DNA from: Convolutriloba macropyga
Lineage: Eukaryota
Assembly: GCF_964194025.1 (NCBI RefSeq)
Contig: NC_134472.1
Location: 4,464,001 to 4,528,000 of the forward strand
Direction of reading: 5' to 3'
Length of the DNA stretch: 64,000 bases
This document shows, piece by piece, positions 1-14,929 of the stretch. Each line of letters begins with the position of its first letter. Position 1 is the first letter of the stretch. A program made the position numbers and the translations under genes. The notes below the pieces were generated by a model. It worked only from the letters and a program-made list of their open reading frames with translations. It had not been told where the DNA came from and ran no database searches.

Positions 1-3000
1 CCAGGTAACCACCCAACAAAGCATGTATATGGGAAAAACTGAAAATGTTCAGCAAAAACTCTTTGCATTTGGCGTCAATAACAATACGATCAACACCAAA
101 TGAAAATTGAACTAGTTTGTTCCTACCACAAGTTGGGATAAAACAACGAGAAATAGGTTTTGACCTGCAAATGCATCAATCAATTGCGTCTCGTGTAAAT
201 TGGGCGAAACTAATGCTTGCGATGGACAAAACAATTGAAATCTCCTACTGCTATAAATTTTATCTTTCCTCATTCATCGAGGTTTAGGAAGCAGAAGAAA
301 GCGAAGAATTTGTCTTTTGTCCTTTGGTGTTTGTTCTGATTAAAAAGTTCTATGATCACAAACTAAAATTTTCTTTTATTAGGAATAATGAACAAATCTG
401 AAAATGCAGACCCTATTTCTTAGTTCAGAAACTAAATATCGAAAGAAGTTGAAGTATTTTAATCTCTTATCACCTATCACCTAGCACACCTATCACTAGA
501 CCTCCTCCATGTTTGCTCTTGAGATATGTTTCTCTTTCACTTTCTTAAAGCTGATAATTTTGCGGAACGAAATTCGACACTGTTGACGATAAAAAACATT
601 TGATAGAATGTGTTCCTAACAAAAGTGAAAAAAACATCCAAACACAATTATGGCAATAAAATGCATCAGCAAACTGCATCCAATTAAAAGTGGCCGGCAA
701 AGCCAAAAAATCCGTCAGTTGTGATTCGGTGTTGTAAGTAAGAGGATTTTTACATAAACATAAGAAATATCTCCTCACAATTAACAATAATTGCTAAATC
801 AAAAAAGTAATGGAAATAAATTAATTATGTGCCGACACGCCAATCATTATACCTGCACGTTTGCAATTGAGATATACTTTCTTGTCGCTACTATAAAGCT
901 GACAGTTCTGCAAAAGAAATTCACTATTACTAATTTTTGTTGGTATACCTTTTAGTTGAAGGTATGATGTCATATATAGAAGCTTTTGTCGCCAATGCAA
1001 ACATTTTTTGACCTCACACAATCAGGAGACTCCATGTATTATAAAGTAAACAACTAACTGAAACTTGTAGTCAGTTTTTTGATTAACCGGAAATTTCAAA
1101 GCATTTTTTGCCCGTTAAAACTAGGTCTTAAATGTTTGGACACTTTAGGTCTAGCAGTTTAATATGAATAACCAGTTTTTACGCCCGACAAATTACTATG
1201 GCACGCTTTTTGAGAAGCATTACTTTCTCAATTTTGATTTCTTCTTGATTTGAAGAATTTAATAGATCTCCTTTGACCCAAACAGCTCACAATTACTAAA
1301 AACGTTCTCGGCCACTTCCAATTTGATTTGTAATTCGTTAGTCTTCTGATGTTTTTCACATTTGTTTAATTGCTAAAAAATGATTGCAATCTGTGTGTTA
1401 GTAATCTGTGTGCTCTGTGCATTAAGCAGTTTTTCAGTCAACAATGTTTTGGCTTTACACCGCTGTTACAAATTTGATTTAACATTTGCGGATATTTTCT
1501 CCTGCAAAACTTATGTCTCTCGAGCAAACAGGGAGTTTTTGTTCAATTTTCCATAACCCCTCTCTGTTAAGGATTTTTTGTAGAGCTACTGGTTGGTTTT
1601 TGAGCAAATAGCCAAACGTTTTTTAATTACCTCATGTACGGTTTCTTTGATGTCATTGCCTTCATCTATTTGTTAGCAAGATATTGTGCTATTTTTGTTT
1701 TGGGTTAAAAAATCACGCAACAGAAAATGATCTAAATTTTTTGCATATTGTGTATATCTTTACTGAGTGTTCACGTCTTCTTTAATAATACAGCAATAAT
1801 AAGATAGGAGTCCTTCAGTTGTGATTCAAATTTGTTTCGCCAGCTGGATCTGCATTGGACATATTTGCTTTTTCGTTCGAGAAAAAACGAGATTAGTTAG
1901 ACAAACGAGAGGAAGTCAGGGAAATGGAGATGCTCTTTACTAACACCTACGTGACAACAAATTACCTATTTTAGGAGCCTTGCAAGATAAGAGTTCGAAA
2001 ACTAACGTTCCTTGCTCTCGTCGGATTGCTCTTCGCTTAATTTCGTATTTATCGATTTTCTTAAGTGAAAGGAGATGAGAAATTCCTTGTTTCCACAGTT
2101 AGAATCTTTTAATAAGATTTTTTCAATAGATGTTAACTAGAATTAGATTAAAATTGCTACGTTGACAGCTAGCAAAAAGCGCTGAACCTCAGTTGCTTTC
2201 TGTTCCATGGTTGATGAGAGGGAGAAGGAAAGCAATTATCTGTTTCCCGTGATATTTTTGCAAATTTTACAACCATCGTCTTAAAAGTAACACCACATGA
2301 CTTACACTGCTTTTTCATGTAAAGCAAAAGCAACATGGATCCTAAAGTGATTGACCTGTGGGAAATGCCAGTAGAAGGACCTAATTTGCTGGAGTTAACA
2401 TCATCAGTCCAACACAACCACATTGCACAGAATAATTCACCATTTCAGAAGAACCAATGATGTTTTTTCATGATGAAAAGTATTAGGAATTTGACACGGT
2501 TTCTGAGAAACTGAGCTGTATAGTAATTTTCTAGAAAAAGAGACATTGCATAGCAGTGTTAGAGGACGGTAAAATACCACTTCCAATTTCGCAAGATCTG
2601 CACAGTTTCTGAGGACATCTACAGGCAGATTTTCTGGGCCACCCAACTACGAAACGTATAATGATCCGATACAACATGAAATGATTCTTCCGTTTTTTTC
2701 ACATTGTTCAAGTTTTCTATTTGCATTGTAGTCCAACGATACAATAAAATGAACGAAAACTATTTATTGACATGGGAAACATTTTTAGCACCACCGTTGG
2801 CTACATGTTTGTTGCATTTAGCTTGCGACAAATCTGAAGGTTCCTTCCGTAGGCTTTTTAGTAAAATGTACTGAAGTTGAAAATTACGTGATTTGAAAAA
2901 CTTTGATTCAAAATTTTTCTGTTCTAAGTCTATGTCTTCTGCGAGATTGTTTTTCGACATTTTATCTCATTTGTCAATGATCAAAGTGGGCTGAAAATAT

Positions 3001-6000
3001 TTGGTTTCTCATAGTAGTGTCAAGACTGTTATTTTTGATTGGATGTGAGAGGCGTGACAACAGTTCAATCTTGATCTATGCCAACCCGTGCTAATATGCA
3101 TTTTGTGATCGTCTCTGATATCTAACGTAAAGTTTCGCCGAAAATTAGCTGAAGCAGGCATGTGGGGAAAACTGAAAATTTTCCGCAGACGCACGTCGCG
3201 TTTGATGTCACAATGGCGTAGGTGCAGAAAGACTGCTGCACCACATTCAAATTGTTGATAAGCAGTCTCACTGCTAATAATCTACCGAATTCTCTAAAAT
3301 AAAATGAATTAACAAAATCATGAATCAACAACAAAATCAACAAAATTATTATTTCTAGATTTTCGAATTTCCCCGGTAATTTGTTTTGATTTCCTGAAAA
3401 GGACTTTTACTTTCATTTTTATCTGATGTTATTCTTGACTTGTTGGGGTTGACAAAATATCGAACTAACTTGTACCAGACTTTTTTGTGAATTTCAAAAG
3501 TTTCTTTGATGCAATTTCAACTGTTTTACGAAGGTCGCTCCCTTTTTTCATTAGTTGTTCAACCGTGCGCCACGCATCAAATCTGTCCAATTTAATATTA
3601 TGCACAGTATCATAGCTTTCAATGACGTGTTGTTCCATAGGGGAATCTTACCTTTGATGTTCCGAAATTCTAATGGTACTATGTAGGCTTGGTTTGGCCA
3701 GCATTAATGGAGTTCGATCCATTACATATAGCTTTAAATACCACAATCAATTTCAACTTTTTCTCAAAATTTTCTTATGGGATTGGAAAACAAGTTCTTA
3801 GTTTTTTTGGTTGTAAAAAGGATTTGAATAACACATATTTTGTTCTGTCTAATTTCAGAATTTGGAGTGATAATTCTTCTGAATTTAAACAAAAAAACAT
3901 TGGTGATAAACTACATTTGGTTTGCAAGGGGCTGCGGTGACAAATAGCACAAAGCGGTATTCCGCAGTTGCCTTTAGTGCTGCCGAGGATGACGAGAAGA
4001 AACAAGGCAAAAAATGTTTTCTAGTGAAATTTATACTAGGAACCAGAGAACCTAGACTTGCCTAATCGGCCCCAAAAACCCGTTTCTCGCCGTTTCATAA
4101 CAAAGTGTGTGGATGCAGAGAGTGATAGTCCGATCTTAGTTCTGCCGCGTAGAGGCGTTCATAATTGAAAGTCAACTGAGAACGGGAGGGATAATGTCTC
4201 CAGCTAAACATTAACCTGAATATGATGTGTAACAATGTTGACAACCACTATCTCAATTGCGAAATGGCACCACTTGAAATAAACTTCTATTTCAAATGAA
4301 GCAATATGATTAAGGACCTGAAAGTTACTGATGTATGGGGAAAACCCAGTAGACGCAGCTATTTGGTTGGACGTACTACCATCATTCCAAAATTTTCTCA
4401 ATCTACTTGCAGAATTTTGAATGATGTTTGCTCTGTATTGAACAAAAACACAGAGGTGATAAATTAGATTTGGATTTTCCTGTTGAAACAATGACAAATA
4501 GCGGAAATCGACTGGCCTCAGTTGTTTTAATTGCCGCCAAGGATAAGGAGAACAAGCAGCGCAAGTATTTGATTCCCAGTGATATTAATACTAGAGAACA
4601 AAGAGATTGGTCTTAGCTGATCCCGCTGCAAAGACCCATTTCTCGCAGTCTGTTTGTCCGTTAACAAAATCCGTGGATCCGGGGAGGAGTTGTCTTTTCG
4701 TAGTTCTGTTGCATAGCGGCGTCCATAATTTAAAATCAACTGAGAACTTCCTACTGCCTCCTGCTACACACTTACACGGGTTCAATAAGTAACAATATTG
4801 ACAACCACCGTCTCAAATGTGAAGTAGCACCACATTACCTCAACTAGTTTTTCAACTGAAATTATAACACCACGGGCCTGAAAAAGATAGAGCTGTGGGA
4901 AAAGCTAGTAGAGGTAGCTAACTGGCTGGACTTGTTACCATCAGTCCAACACGACCAACCTACACAGAATAATCTGCCGTCCTTATTCCTTTCCCCCCGA
5001 CATTGACCATGCTCCTCCTGGCCCGCGTAGCCTGGGGAACGATTGTAATTCACCATAGCGTAAACACAGAAAGATCGCTGCACCACAAGAAAGTTGTGGT
5101 TAGACAGTCACGTTACTACTAATCTGAAAAATTCTACAAAATGAGTTAAAATGTTAATTTTTTTTTAATAATTGACAATGATTGTCCCATTTACATTTTT
5201 TTTACCTTCTGTTCTCACAAAGACCTTTCAAATTTTTGTTTTAAATTTTTTGAATTTCCCAGGAACATTTTTCAACTCTTAAAAAGGAGGTTTTACTTTC
5301 ATTACTATCTGTTGGTATCATTTACTTGCTGTAGAAGAGCATTTTTTTTGAATTTTAAAATTCAATTTTTTTGCATTCGATCCAAACCTTCATTGTCAAT
5401 TGCCGTCCGCTACAATTGTCACGAGTATTTACATATGGTTTCCACTTTTTTTGTTGGTTGCTTCTATTGCAATTAATTTGTCAACACTGCAACATGCATC
5501 AAGTATGTCGCATTCAATATTATGCGCTGTAACACCACATTCAACGAGGTGTTGTCCCAAATTCAATGAAGTCTTGTCCGGTATGTAAATTGCCTTGGCG
5601 TATATGCAAAAAGTTGGCTGCACCACAAGAAAAGTGGTTAGGGAATGACACTACTACTAATCAACCAAATGCTACGCATAGAGTTGAAATATTAACCATT
5701 TTTCAAATAATTTATAGTTATAGTTACATTTACAACATTTTTCTTAAAATTATTGCACCCAAAAAAATTCAATTCTTGTTTCAAAGTTTTGAAGTTTCCT
5801 GATAATTTTTCCAACTTTTAAAAGGGAGTTTTTTTTTCATTACTATCTGTTGTTATCCATTACATTTTGTAAAAGAGCATTTTTTTGAATTCAAAAGCAA
5901 TTTTTTTTAAATTCGATCCAATAATTCATTGTCAACTCTCGCCCGTCGTCCTCCTCGCGAGTATTTAGATGCCAATGCAACCTTTTTTTAAATATGTTGC

Positions 6001-6469
6001 TTCAAAAATCCTTAGTTTGTCAACCCTGCAGCATGCATCGAATAGGTCCAATTCAATGTTATGAGTTGTACCTCAACATTGAATGAGGTGTTTTCCCACA
6101 TAGAATGAGGTGCTGTCCTGCTTGTTGTGGCCAACATTGATGGAATTGGATCCCTTACATGAAACTTTTAATACCACAAGCGTTTTCAGATTTTTGATAT
6201 TTCCTCTGTGTAAAATGAAAAACTTTGGTAACGAACTAGAATTGGATTTCATTTGCTAAAATGACAAATAGCACAAAGTTCTGGGTCGCAGTCGCCTTCA
6301 GTGCCATCGACAATATGGAGAAGAAGCAGAGCAAATGATTATTCCAAGCGAAATTTATACTGGGGATCAGCGAGACTGGCCATACCAGACGCCACTGCAA
6401 AACTCATTTCTTGCAGTCTGATTACAAATTGCATAGATCCGGGTAGTGGTTGTCCTCTCGAAGTTTTAT

Positions 6470-9400
6470 TAGCGTAGAAGCTTCCATAATTGACTGGATT
6501 TGAACCATCAGTCCAATACAACAACACTGCACAGACAAATCTGCAGTCCCTCTGCCTTTCTACCGACATTCACGATGATCCTCCTGGCCCCCCTAACCTG
6601 GGGACCGCATGTAAATCACCATAGCGTAAACGCCGAAAGATCGCTGCACCACATGAAAGTTGTGGCTAGGCAGTCACATTACTACTAATCGAACAAGATC
6701 TAAGGAATGAGTTGAAATATTGACAAATTTTTCAAATCATTGACAGTTATTGTTCCATATACAATTTTTTTCTTACATTTACTAACCACACAAAATTTTC
6801 AATTTTTGTTCCAAGGTTTTGAAATTTTCAGGTATTTTTTTCGACTCATTGTCAAATGCCGCCTGCTATACTCGTCGCGCTTATTTAAATATGGTTTCAA
6901 CATTTTTAAAATGGTTGCTTCTATTGTCTTTAATTTGTCAACCCTGCGACATGCATCAAGTGTGTCCCAATCCATATTATGCGTTGTACCACCACATTCT
7001 TTGAGGTGTTTTCCCACCTTCAATGAAGTGTTGTACCGCATGTAAATTGCCTTTGCGTATCTGCAGAAAGTTTGCCGCAAGAGAAGAAAAGTGGCTGTGA
7101 ATCAAACTACTACTAATCAACCAAATTCTACGAAATGAGTTAAAATACTAACGGTATTTTAAAATATTTCGCAGTTATAGTAAAGTTTGAAACATTTTTC
7201 TTACATTCATCACACCCAAAAAAATTTCAATTTTTAATTCAAAGTTTTGATTTTGCCGGGTAATTTTTTCAACTCTTAAAAGGGAGCTTTTACTTTCGTT
7301 TTTATCTGTTGTTATCCTTTACTGGTTGTAGAAGAGCTTTTTGTAATTGGAAATTTTTTTGCATTCGACCCATTAATTCATTGTCACTTCTCACCTACTG
7401 TACTCGTCAGGCGTATTTAGATGCCGTTTCAATTTTTTTATATAGGTTGCTTCTATTGTCATTAGTTTGTCATCCCTGCATCATGCATTGAGTAGGTCCA
7501 ATTCAAAAATATGCGCTTTACCACAACTCTTAATGAGGTGTTTTCCCATATACAATGAGGTGTTTCCCCGCTTGTTGTGGCCAACATTGATGGAATTGGA
7601 TCCCTTACATGAAGTTCTTTATAACACAAGCAATTTGAGATTTTTATGAATGGATTATTTCAAGGTGGGCAAACAAAATTTTTATTTTCTTGATGTGAAA
7701 ATGACTTGAATTATACACATTTTCTTCTGTCTACTTGCTTCACTTTGAATGATGTTTCCTCTGTGTTGAACAAAAAAAATTGATGACGAACTAGATTTGG
7801 ATTTCAGTTGCTACAATGACATATAGCACAAAGCTCTGGGGCGCAGTCGCTTTCCTTGCCATCGCTAATAAGGAGAAAAAGCAGAACAAATGTTTGTTTC
7901 CAGTGATGTTTATACTGGGGATCAGCGAGACTTGTCTTATCAGACTCCAACACAAAAACTCATCTCTCGCAGTCTTTTAACAAATTGCGTGCTTCCGTGT
8001 AGTGGTTGTCGTCTCCAAATTCTTTCGCGTAGAGGCTTCCATAAATAACAGTCAACTGAAAACTTGATAATTTCTCCGGCTGAACAATTAATCGAGTTGG
8101 TTGTGTAGCAATGTTGAAAACCACCATCTCATATCTGAAGTAGCACCGTATCACTTTCACTACTTTTTCAACTGCACTAATAACACCGCAGACCTGAAAG
8201 TGATTGACCTGCGGAAGAGGCCAAAAGAGGTACCTTAGTGGCTGGAGTGAAAACCATCAGTCCAACACAACCAAAGTGCACAAAATAATCCGCTTTCCCT
8301 GTTTCTTGTTTCTTTCCACCGACTTTTACGATCATCCTTCTGCCCCCCCCCCTAACCTAGAGACTGCATGTCGTTTATCTTGGCGCGGATGCAGAAAATT
8401 TGCTGCACCACATTGGATTGGCAGTCACACTTCTACTCATCTACCGAATTCTACAAAAATAATTAAATTAACAGCGGATATCCGAAACTATTTACAGTTA
8501 TAATCATATTTAAAACGTTTTTCTAACATTTTATACACTAAAAATTTTTCATTTTTTATCTAAATATTTTAGGTTCCGGCTTTTTTGTTTTCAGTTCCTC
8601 AAAAAGAGTTTTTAATTTCGTTTCTGCTTGTTGTTTTTTCTTTCCTGTTGGGGTTGACAGAATTTCGATTTAACGTGTAACAGAGTTTTTTTGATTTGCA
8701 GAAGCCAAATTTTTGGCAATTGAACTAATAATTGATTGTCAATTCCAGCCAGTACTTGCTGAGTTTATTTAGTAGCCGTTTCAGCTTTTGAGGTAGGTCG
8801 CTTCTTTTGTTATTACTTATTCAACCCTGCGACTTTTTCATTGACTTTGACCAATTCAAAACTCTGTGCATCACCACTACATTCAAGGAGGTGTTCTCCC
8901 ACTGGGCAATCTTTTTTTTGATGCTCCTAAGTTCTTTCGCGTAAAAGCTTCCATAATTGACTGGATTTAAAACCATCAGTCCAATACAACAACACTGCAC
9001 AGACAAATCTGCAGTCCCTCTGCCTTTCCACCGACATTCACGATGATCCTCCTGGCCCCCCTAACCTGGGGACCGCATGTAAATCACCATGGCGTAAACG
9101 CCGAAAGATCGCTGCACCACATGAAAGTTGTGGCTAGGCAGTCACATTACTACTAATCGAACAAGATCTAAGGAATGAGTTGAAATATTGACAAATTTTT
9201 CAAATCATTGACAGTTATTGTTCCATATACAATTTTTTTCTTACATTTACTAACCACACAAAATTTTCAATTTTTGTTCCAAGGTTTTGAAATTTTCGGG
9301 TATTTTTTTCGACTCATTGTCAAATGCCGCCTGCTATACTCGTCGCGCTTATTTAAATACTGTTTCAACATTTTTAAAATGGTTGCTTCTATTGTCTTTA

Positions 9401-12400
9401 ATTTGTCAACCCTGCGACATGCATCAAGCGTGTCCCAATCCATATTATGCGTTGTACCACCACATTCTTTGAGGTGTTTTCCCACCTTCAATGAAGTGTT
9501 GTACCGCATGTAAATTGCCTTTGCGTATCTGCAGAAAGTTTGCCGCAAGAGAAGAAAAGTGGCTGTGAATCAAACTACTACTAATCAACCAAATTCTACG
9601 AAATGAGTTAAAATACTAACGGTATTTTAAAATATTTCGCAGTTATAGTAAAGTTTGAAACATTTTTCTTACATTCATCACACCCAAAAAAATTTCAATT
9701 TTTAATTCAAAGTTTTGATTTTGCCGGGTAATTTTTTCAACTCTTAAAAGGGAGCTTTTACTTTCGTTTTTATCTGTTGTTATCCTTTACTGGTTGTAGA
9801 AGAGCTTTTTGTAATTGGAAATTTTTTTGCATTCGACCCATTAATTCATTGTCACTTCTCACCTACTGTACTCGTCAGGCGTATTTAGATGCCGTTTCAA
9901 TTTTTTTATAAAGGTTGCTTCTATTGTCATTAGTTTGTCATCCCTGCATCATGCATTGAGTAGGTCCAATTCAAAAATATGCGCTTTACCACAACTCTTA
10001 ATGAGGTGTTTTCCCATATACAATGAGGTGTTTCCCCGCTTGTTGTGGCCAACATTGATGGAATTGGATCCCTTACATGAAGTTCTTTATAACACAAGCA
10101 ATTTGAGATTTTTATGAATGGATTATTTCAAGGTGGGCAAACAAAATTTTTATTTTCTTGATGTGAAAATGACTTGAATTATACACATTTTCTTCTGTCT
10201 ACTTGCTTCACTTTGAATGATGTTTCCTCTGTGTTGAACAAAAAAAATTGATGACGAACTAGATTTGGATTTCAGTTGCTACAATGACATATAGCACAAA
10301 GCTCTGGGGCGCAGTCGCTTTCCTTGCCATCGCTAATAAGGAGAAAAAGCAGAACAAATGTTTGTTTCCAGTGATGTTTATACTGGGGATCAGCGAGACT
10401 TGTCTTATCAGACTCCAACACAAAAACTCATCTCTCGCAGTCTTTTAACAAATTGCGTGCTTCCGTGTAGTGGTTGTCGTCTCGAAATTCTTTCGCGTAG
10501 AGGCTTCCATAAATAACAGTCAACTGAAAACTTGATAATTTCTCCGGCTGAACAATTAATCGAGTTGGTTGTGTAGCAATGTTGAAAACCACCATCTCAT
10601 ATCTGAAGTAGCACCGTATCACTTTCACTACTTTTTCAACTGCACTAATAACACCGCAGACCTGAAAGTGATTGACCTGCGGAAGAGGCCAAAAGATGTA
10701 GCTTAGTGGCTGGAGTGAAAACCATCAGTCCAACACAACCAAAGTGCACAAAATAATCCGCTTTCCCTGTTTCTTGTTTCTATCCACCGACTTTTACGAT
10801 CATCCTTCTGCCCCCCCCCCCCTAACCCAGAGACTGCATGTCGTTTATCTTGGCGCGGATGCAGAAAATTTGCTGCACCACATTGGATTGGCAGTCACAC
10901 TTCTACTCATCTACCGAATTCTACAAAAATAGTTAAATTAACAGCGGATATCCGAAACTATTTACAGTTATAATCATATTTAAAACGTTTTTCTAACATT
11001 TTATACACTAAAAATTTTTCATTTTTTATCTAAATATTTTAGGTTCCGGCTTTTTTGTTTTCAGTTCCTCAAAAAAAGTTTTTAATTTCGTTTCTGCTTG
11101 TTGTTTTTTTTACCTGTTGGGGTTGACAGAATTTCGATTTAACGTGTAACAGATTATTTTTTGATTTGCAGAAGCCAAATTTTTGGCAATTGAACTAATA
11201 ATTGATTGTCAATTCCAGCCAGTACTTGCTGAGTTTATTTAGTAGCCGTTTCAGCTTTTGAGGTAGGTCGCTTCTTTTGTTATTACTTATTCAACCCTGC
11301 GACTTTTTCATTGAATTTGACCAATTCAAAACTCTGTGCATCACCACTACATTCAAGGAGGTGTTCTCCCACTGGGCAATCTTTCTTTTGATGCTCCGAA
11401 GTTCTTTCGCGTAAAAGCTTCCATAATTGACTGGATTTAAAACCATCAGTCCAATACAACAACACTGCACAGACAAATCTGCAGTCCCTCTGCCTTTCCA
11501 CCGACATTCACGATGATCCTCCTGGCCCCCCTAACCTGGGGACCGCATGTAAATCACCATAGCGTAAACGCCGAAAGATCGCTGCACCCCAAGAAAGTTG
11601 TGGTTAGACAGTCACATTACTACTAATCGAACAAGATCGACGGAATGAGTTGAAATATTAAAAAAAAATTTCAAATGATTGACAGTTATTGTTCCATTTA
11701 CGTTTTTTTCTTACATTTGTTACGCACATAAAATTTTCATTTTTTGTTCCAAAGTTTTGAACTTTTTGGGTATTTTTTTTTACTCATTGTCACATGCCGC
11801 CTGCTATACTTGTCGCGCTATTTTGAATATGGTTTCAACATTTTTAAAATGGTTGCTTCTCTTGTCTTTAATTTGTCAACCTTGCGACATGCATCAAGTG
11901 TGTCCCAATTCATATTATGCGTTGTACCACCACATTCTTTGAGGTGTTTTCCCACCTTCAATGAAGTGTTGTACCGCATGTTAATTGCCTTGGCGTATCT
12001 GCAGAAAGTTTGCTGCACCAGAAGAAAAGTGGCCGGGAATCACACTACTACTAATCATCCAAATGCTACGCACAGTTATAGTATCGTTTACAACATTTTT
12101 CTTACATTCATCACACCCAAAGAATTTCAATTTCTATTCCAAAGTTTTGATTTTCCCGAGTATTTTTTCAACTCTTAAAAAAGAGCTTTTACTTTCGTTC
12201 TTATCTGTTGTTATCCTTTACTGGTTGTAGAAGAGCTTTTTTTAATTAGAAAAGTCAAATTTTTTGCATTCGATCCAATAACTCATTGTCAATTGCTGCT
12301 CGCTATACTTGTCAGGTGTATTTAGATATGGGTTCAATTTTTCTGTTTTGGTTGCTTCCACTGTCATTATATTGTCATCTCTGCATCATGCATTGAGTAG

Positions 12401-13820
12401 GTCCAATTCATGGATATGCGCTTTACCACAACTCTAAATGATGTGTTTTCCCATAATCAATGAGGTGTTGTCCCGCTTGTTGTAGCCAACATTGACGGAA
12501 TTGGATCCCTTACATGAAGCCCTTTATAACACAAGCAATTTGAGATTTTCATGAATGGATTATTTCAGGGTGGGCAAACAAAATTTTAAATTTCTTGTTG
12601 TGAAAATTATTTGAAAGATACACATTTTTTTCTGTCTACTTGCTTCACTTTGAATGATGCCTCCTCTGTGTTGAACAAGAAAAAATTGATGACGAACTAG
12701 ATTTGGATTTCAGTTGCTACAATGACATATAGCACAAAGCTCTGGGGCGCAGTCGCTTTCTTTGCCATCGCTAATAAGGAGAAAAAGCAGAACAAATGTT
12801 TGTTTCCAGTGATGTTTATAGTGGGGATCAGCGAGGCTTTTCTTATCAGACTCCAACATAAAAACCCATATCTCGCAGTCTATGAACAAATTGCATGCAT
12901 CCGTGTAGTGGTTGTCCTCTCGAAGTTCTTTCGCGTAGAGGCTTCCATAATTGAAAGTCAACTGAAAAGTTGATAATTTCCCCGGCTGAACAATTACTCG
13001 AGTTGGTTGTGTAGCAATGTTGAGAACCACCATCTTATATTTGGAGTAGCACCGTATCACTAACACTACTTTTTCAACTGCACTAATAACACTGCAGACC
13101 TTAAATTGATTGACCTGTGGAAGAAGACAAAAGAGGTAGCTTGGTGGCTGGAGTGGAAACCATCAGACCAACACGGCCACAATGCACAAAATAATCCGCT
13201 TTCCCTGTTTCCTGTTTCTTTCCACCTACTTTTACGATCATCCTTCTGCCCCCCCCTAACCCAGAGACTGCATGTTGTTTACCTTGGCGCGGATGCAGAA
13301 AATTCGCTGCACCACATTGGATTGGCAGTCGCACTTCTACTCATCTACCGAATTCTACAAAAATAGTTAAATTAACAGCGAATATATGAAATTATTTACA
13401 GTTATAATCCTATTTAAAACGTTTTTCTAACATTTTATACCCTAAAAATTTTTCATTTTTTATCTAATTTTTTTAAGTTCCCGGTTTTTTGTTTTCAATT
13501 CCTCAAAAAGAGATTTTAATTTCATTTCTGCTGGTTGTTTTTTCTTTCCTGTTGGGGTTGACAGAATTTCGATTTAACGTGTAACAGAGTTTTTTTGATT
13601 TGCAGAAGCCAAATTTCTGGCAATTGAACTAATTATTGATAGTCATTTCCAGCCAGTACTGGCTGAGTTTATTTAGTAGCGGTTTCAACTTTCGAGGTCG
13701 GTCGCTTCTTTTGTTAATACTTTTTCAACCCTGCGACATGCCTTGACTTTGCCCAATTCAAAACTCTGTGCGTTACCACTACATTCAAGGAGGTGTTCTC
13801 CCACAGGGCAATCTTTGTTT
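6470..13820. repeat. Higher-order repeat, about 3 copies of a ~2.47-kb unit
   Basis: Equivalent ORF-track entries are offset by 2468-2471 bp (6740/9208/11679; 7960/10428; 8821/11291). Copies 1 and 2 are nearly identical; copy 3 is more diverged and slightly shorter. Confidence 0.92.
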
Positions 13821-14929
13821 TGATGCTCCGAAGTTCTGGCGGTACCCTGTAGGCTTGTTTTGGCGAAAATTGATGAAGTTTCATTCCTTACATGCAAATT
13901 TATATGCCACATGCCATGTCAGTTTTTTTTATCAAAAGATTAATTTAGGGTGGGCAATCAAGTTCTTAATTTTTTCGTCGTGAAATTTTTTTGATTAACA
14001 CACCTGTTTTTCAGTCTGCTTGCAGAATTTTGAGTGATGACACTTGTGCGTTCAACAAAAAACATTGATGATGAACTAGAATTGGATTCCATTTGCTAAG
14101 ATTACAAATAGCACAAAACTCGGAATTGCAGTTGTCGTTATTGCCATTGATGATGAGGAGAAGCAAAAGGGTAAACTTTTGTTTACCAATAAAATTTATG
14201 CCAGGGACCAGAAAGCACGGTCTTGCCTGATCCCGCCACAAAAACTCATATCTTGCAGTCCGTAAACAAATTGTGTGGATCCGGGAATTGGTTGTCTTCT
14301 CGTAGATTTGGTACGTACAGGCTTCCATAATTGAAAATCAACTGAGAAAGGGATACGGTCGCCTGCTAAAAACTTACTCGATTTGGATGTGGAACAAAGT
14401 TGACAACCACTGTCTCAAATTTAAAGTAGCGCCACACGGCTCAACTTACGTTTTTAACTGAAGTAATAACACCAAAGACTGAAGGAGATTGACCTGAGGG
14501 AAAGGCCAGTACAGGTTGCTATTTGGCTGAACTTAATATCATCAGTCCTACAGCACCACACTGCACAGAATAATCCACCTTCCCTGTTTTCCCCCGAATT
14601 TGATGCTAATCCTCCTTGCCCCCTAACTCGGGGACTGCATGAAAATCACCATGACGTACATGTAGAAAGATTGCTGCACCATAATCAAATTTTCGTTAGT
14701 CAGTCACACTACTATTAGTCTACCAAATTCTACGCAATGAATTAAAACATTAACTAAATTTGCAAATAATTTTCAGTTGTAATTACGTTTATAACCTCTT
14801 TCTTACATTTATGACACCAAAAAAGGTTTAAATTTTTTTTCCAAATTTTTTAAATTCCAAAAAAGAGTTTTTACCTTTATTACTATCTGTTGTTATCTTT
14901 ACTTGTTGTAGAAGAGCATTATTATTTAA

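Noticed and set aside
1-2100. Host exons or a 5' exon for membrane protein A
   Set aside because: Hydrophobic stretches near 1740 and 2000 hit stops and lack good donors; the region looks like heavily decayed LINE sequence that I cannot classify.
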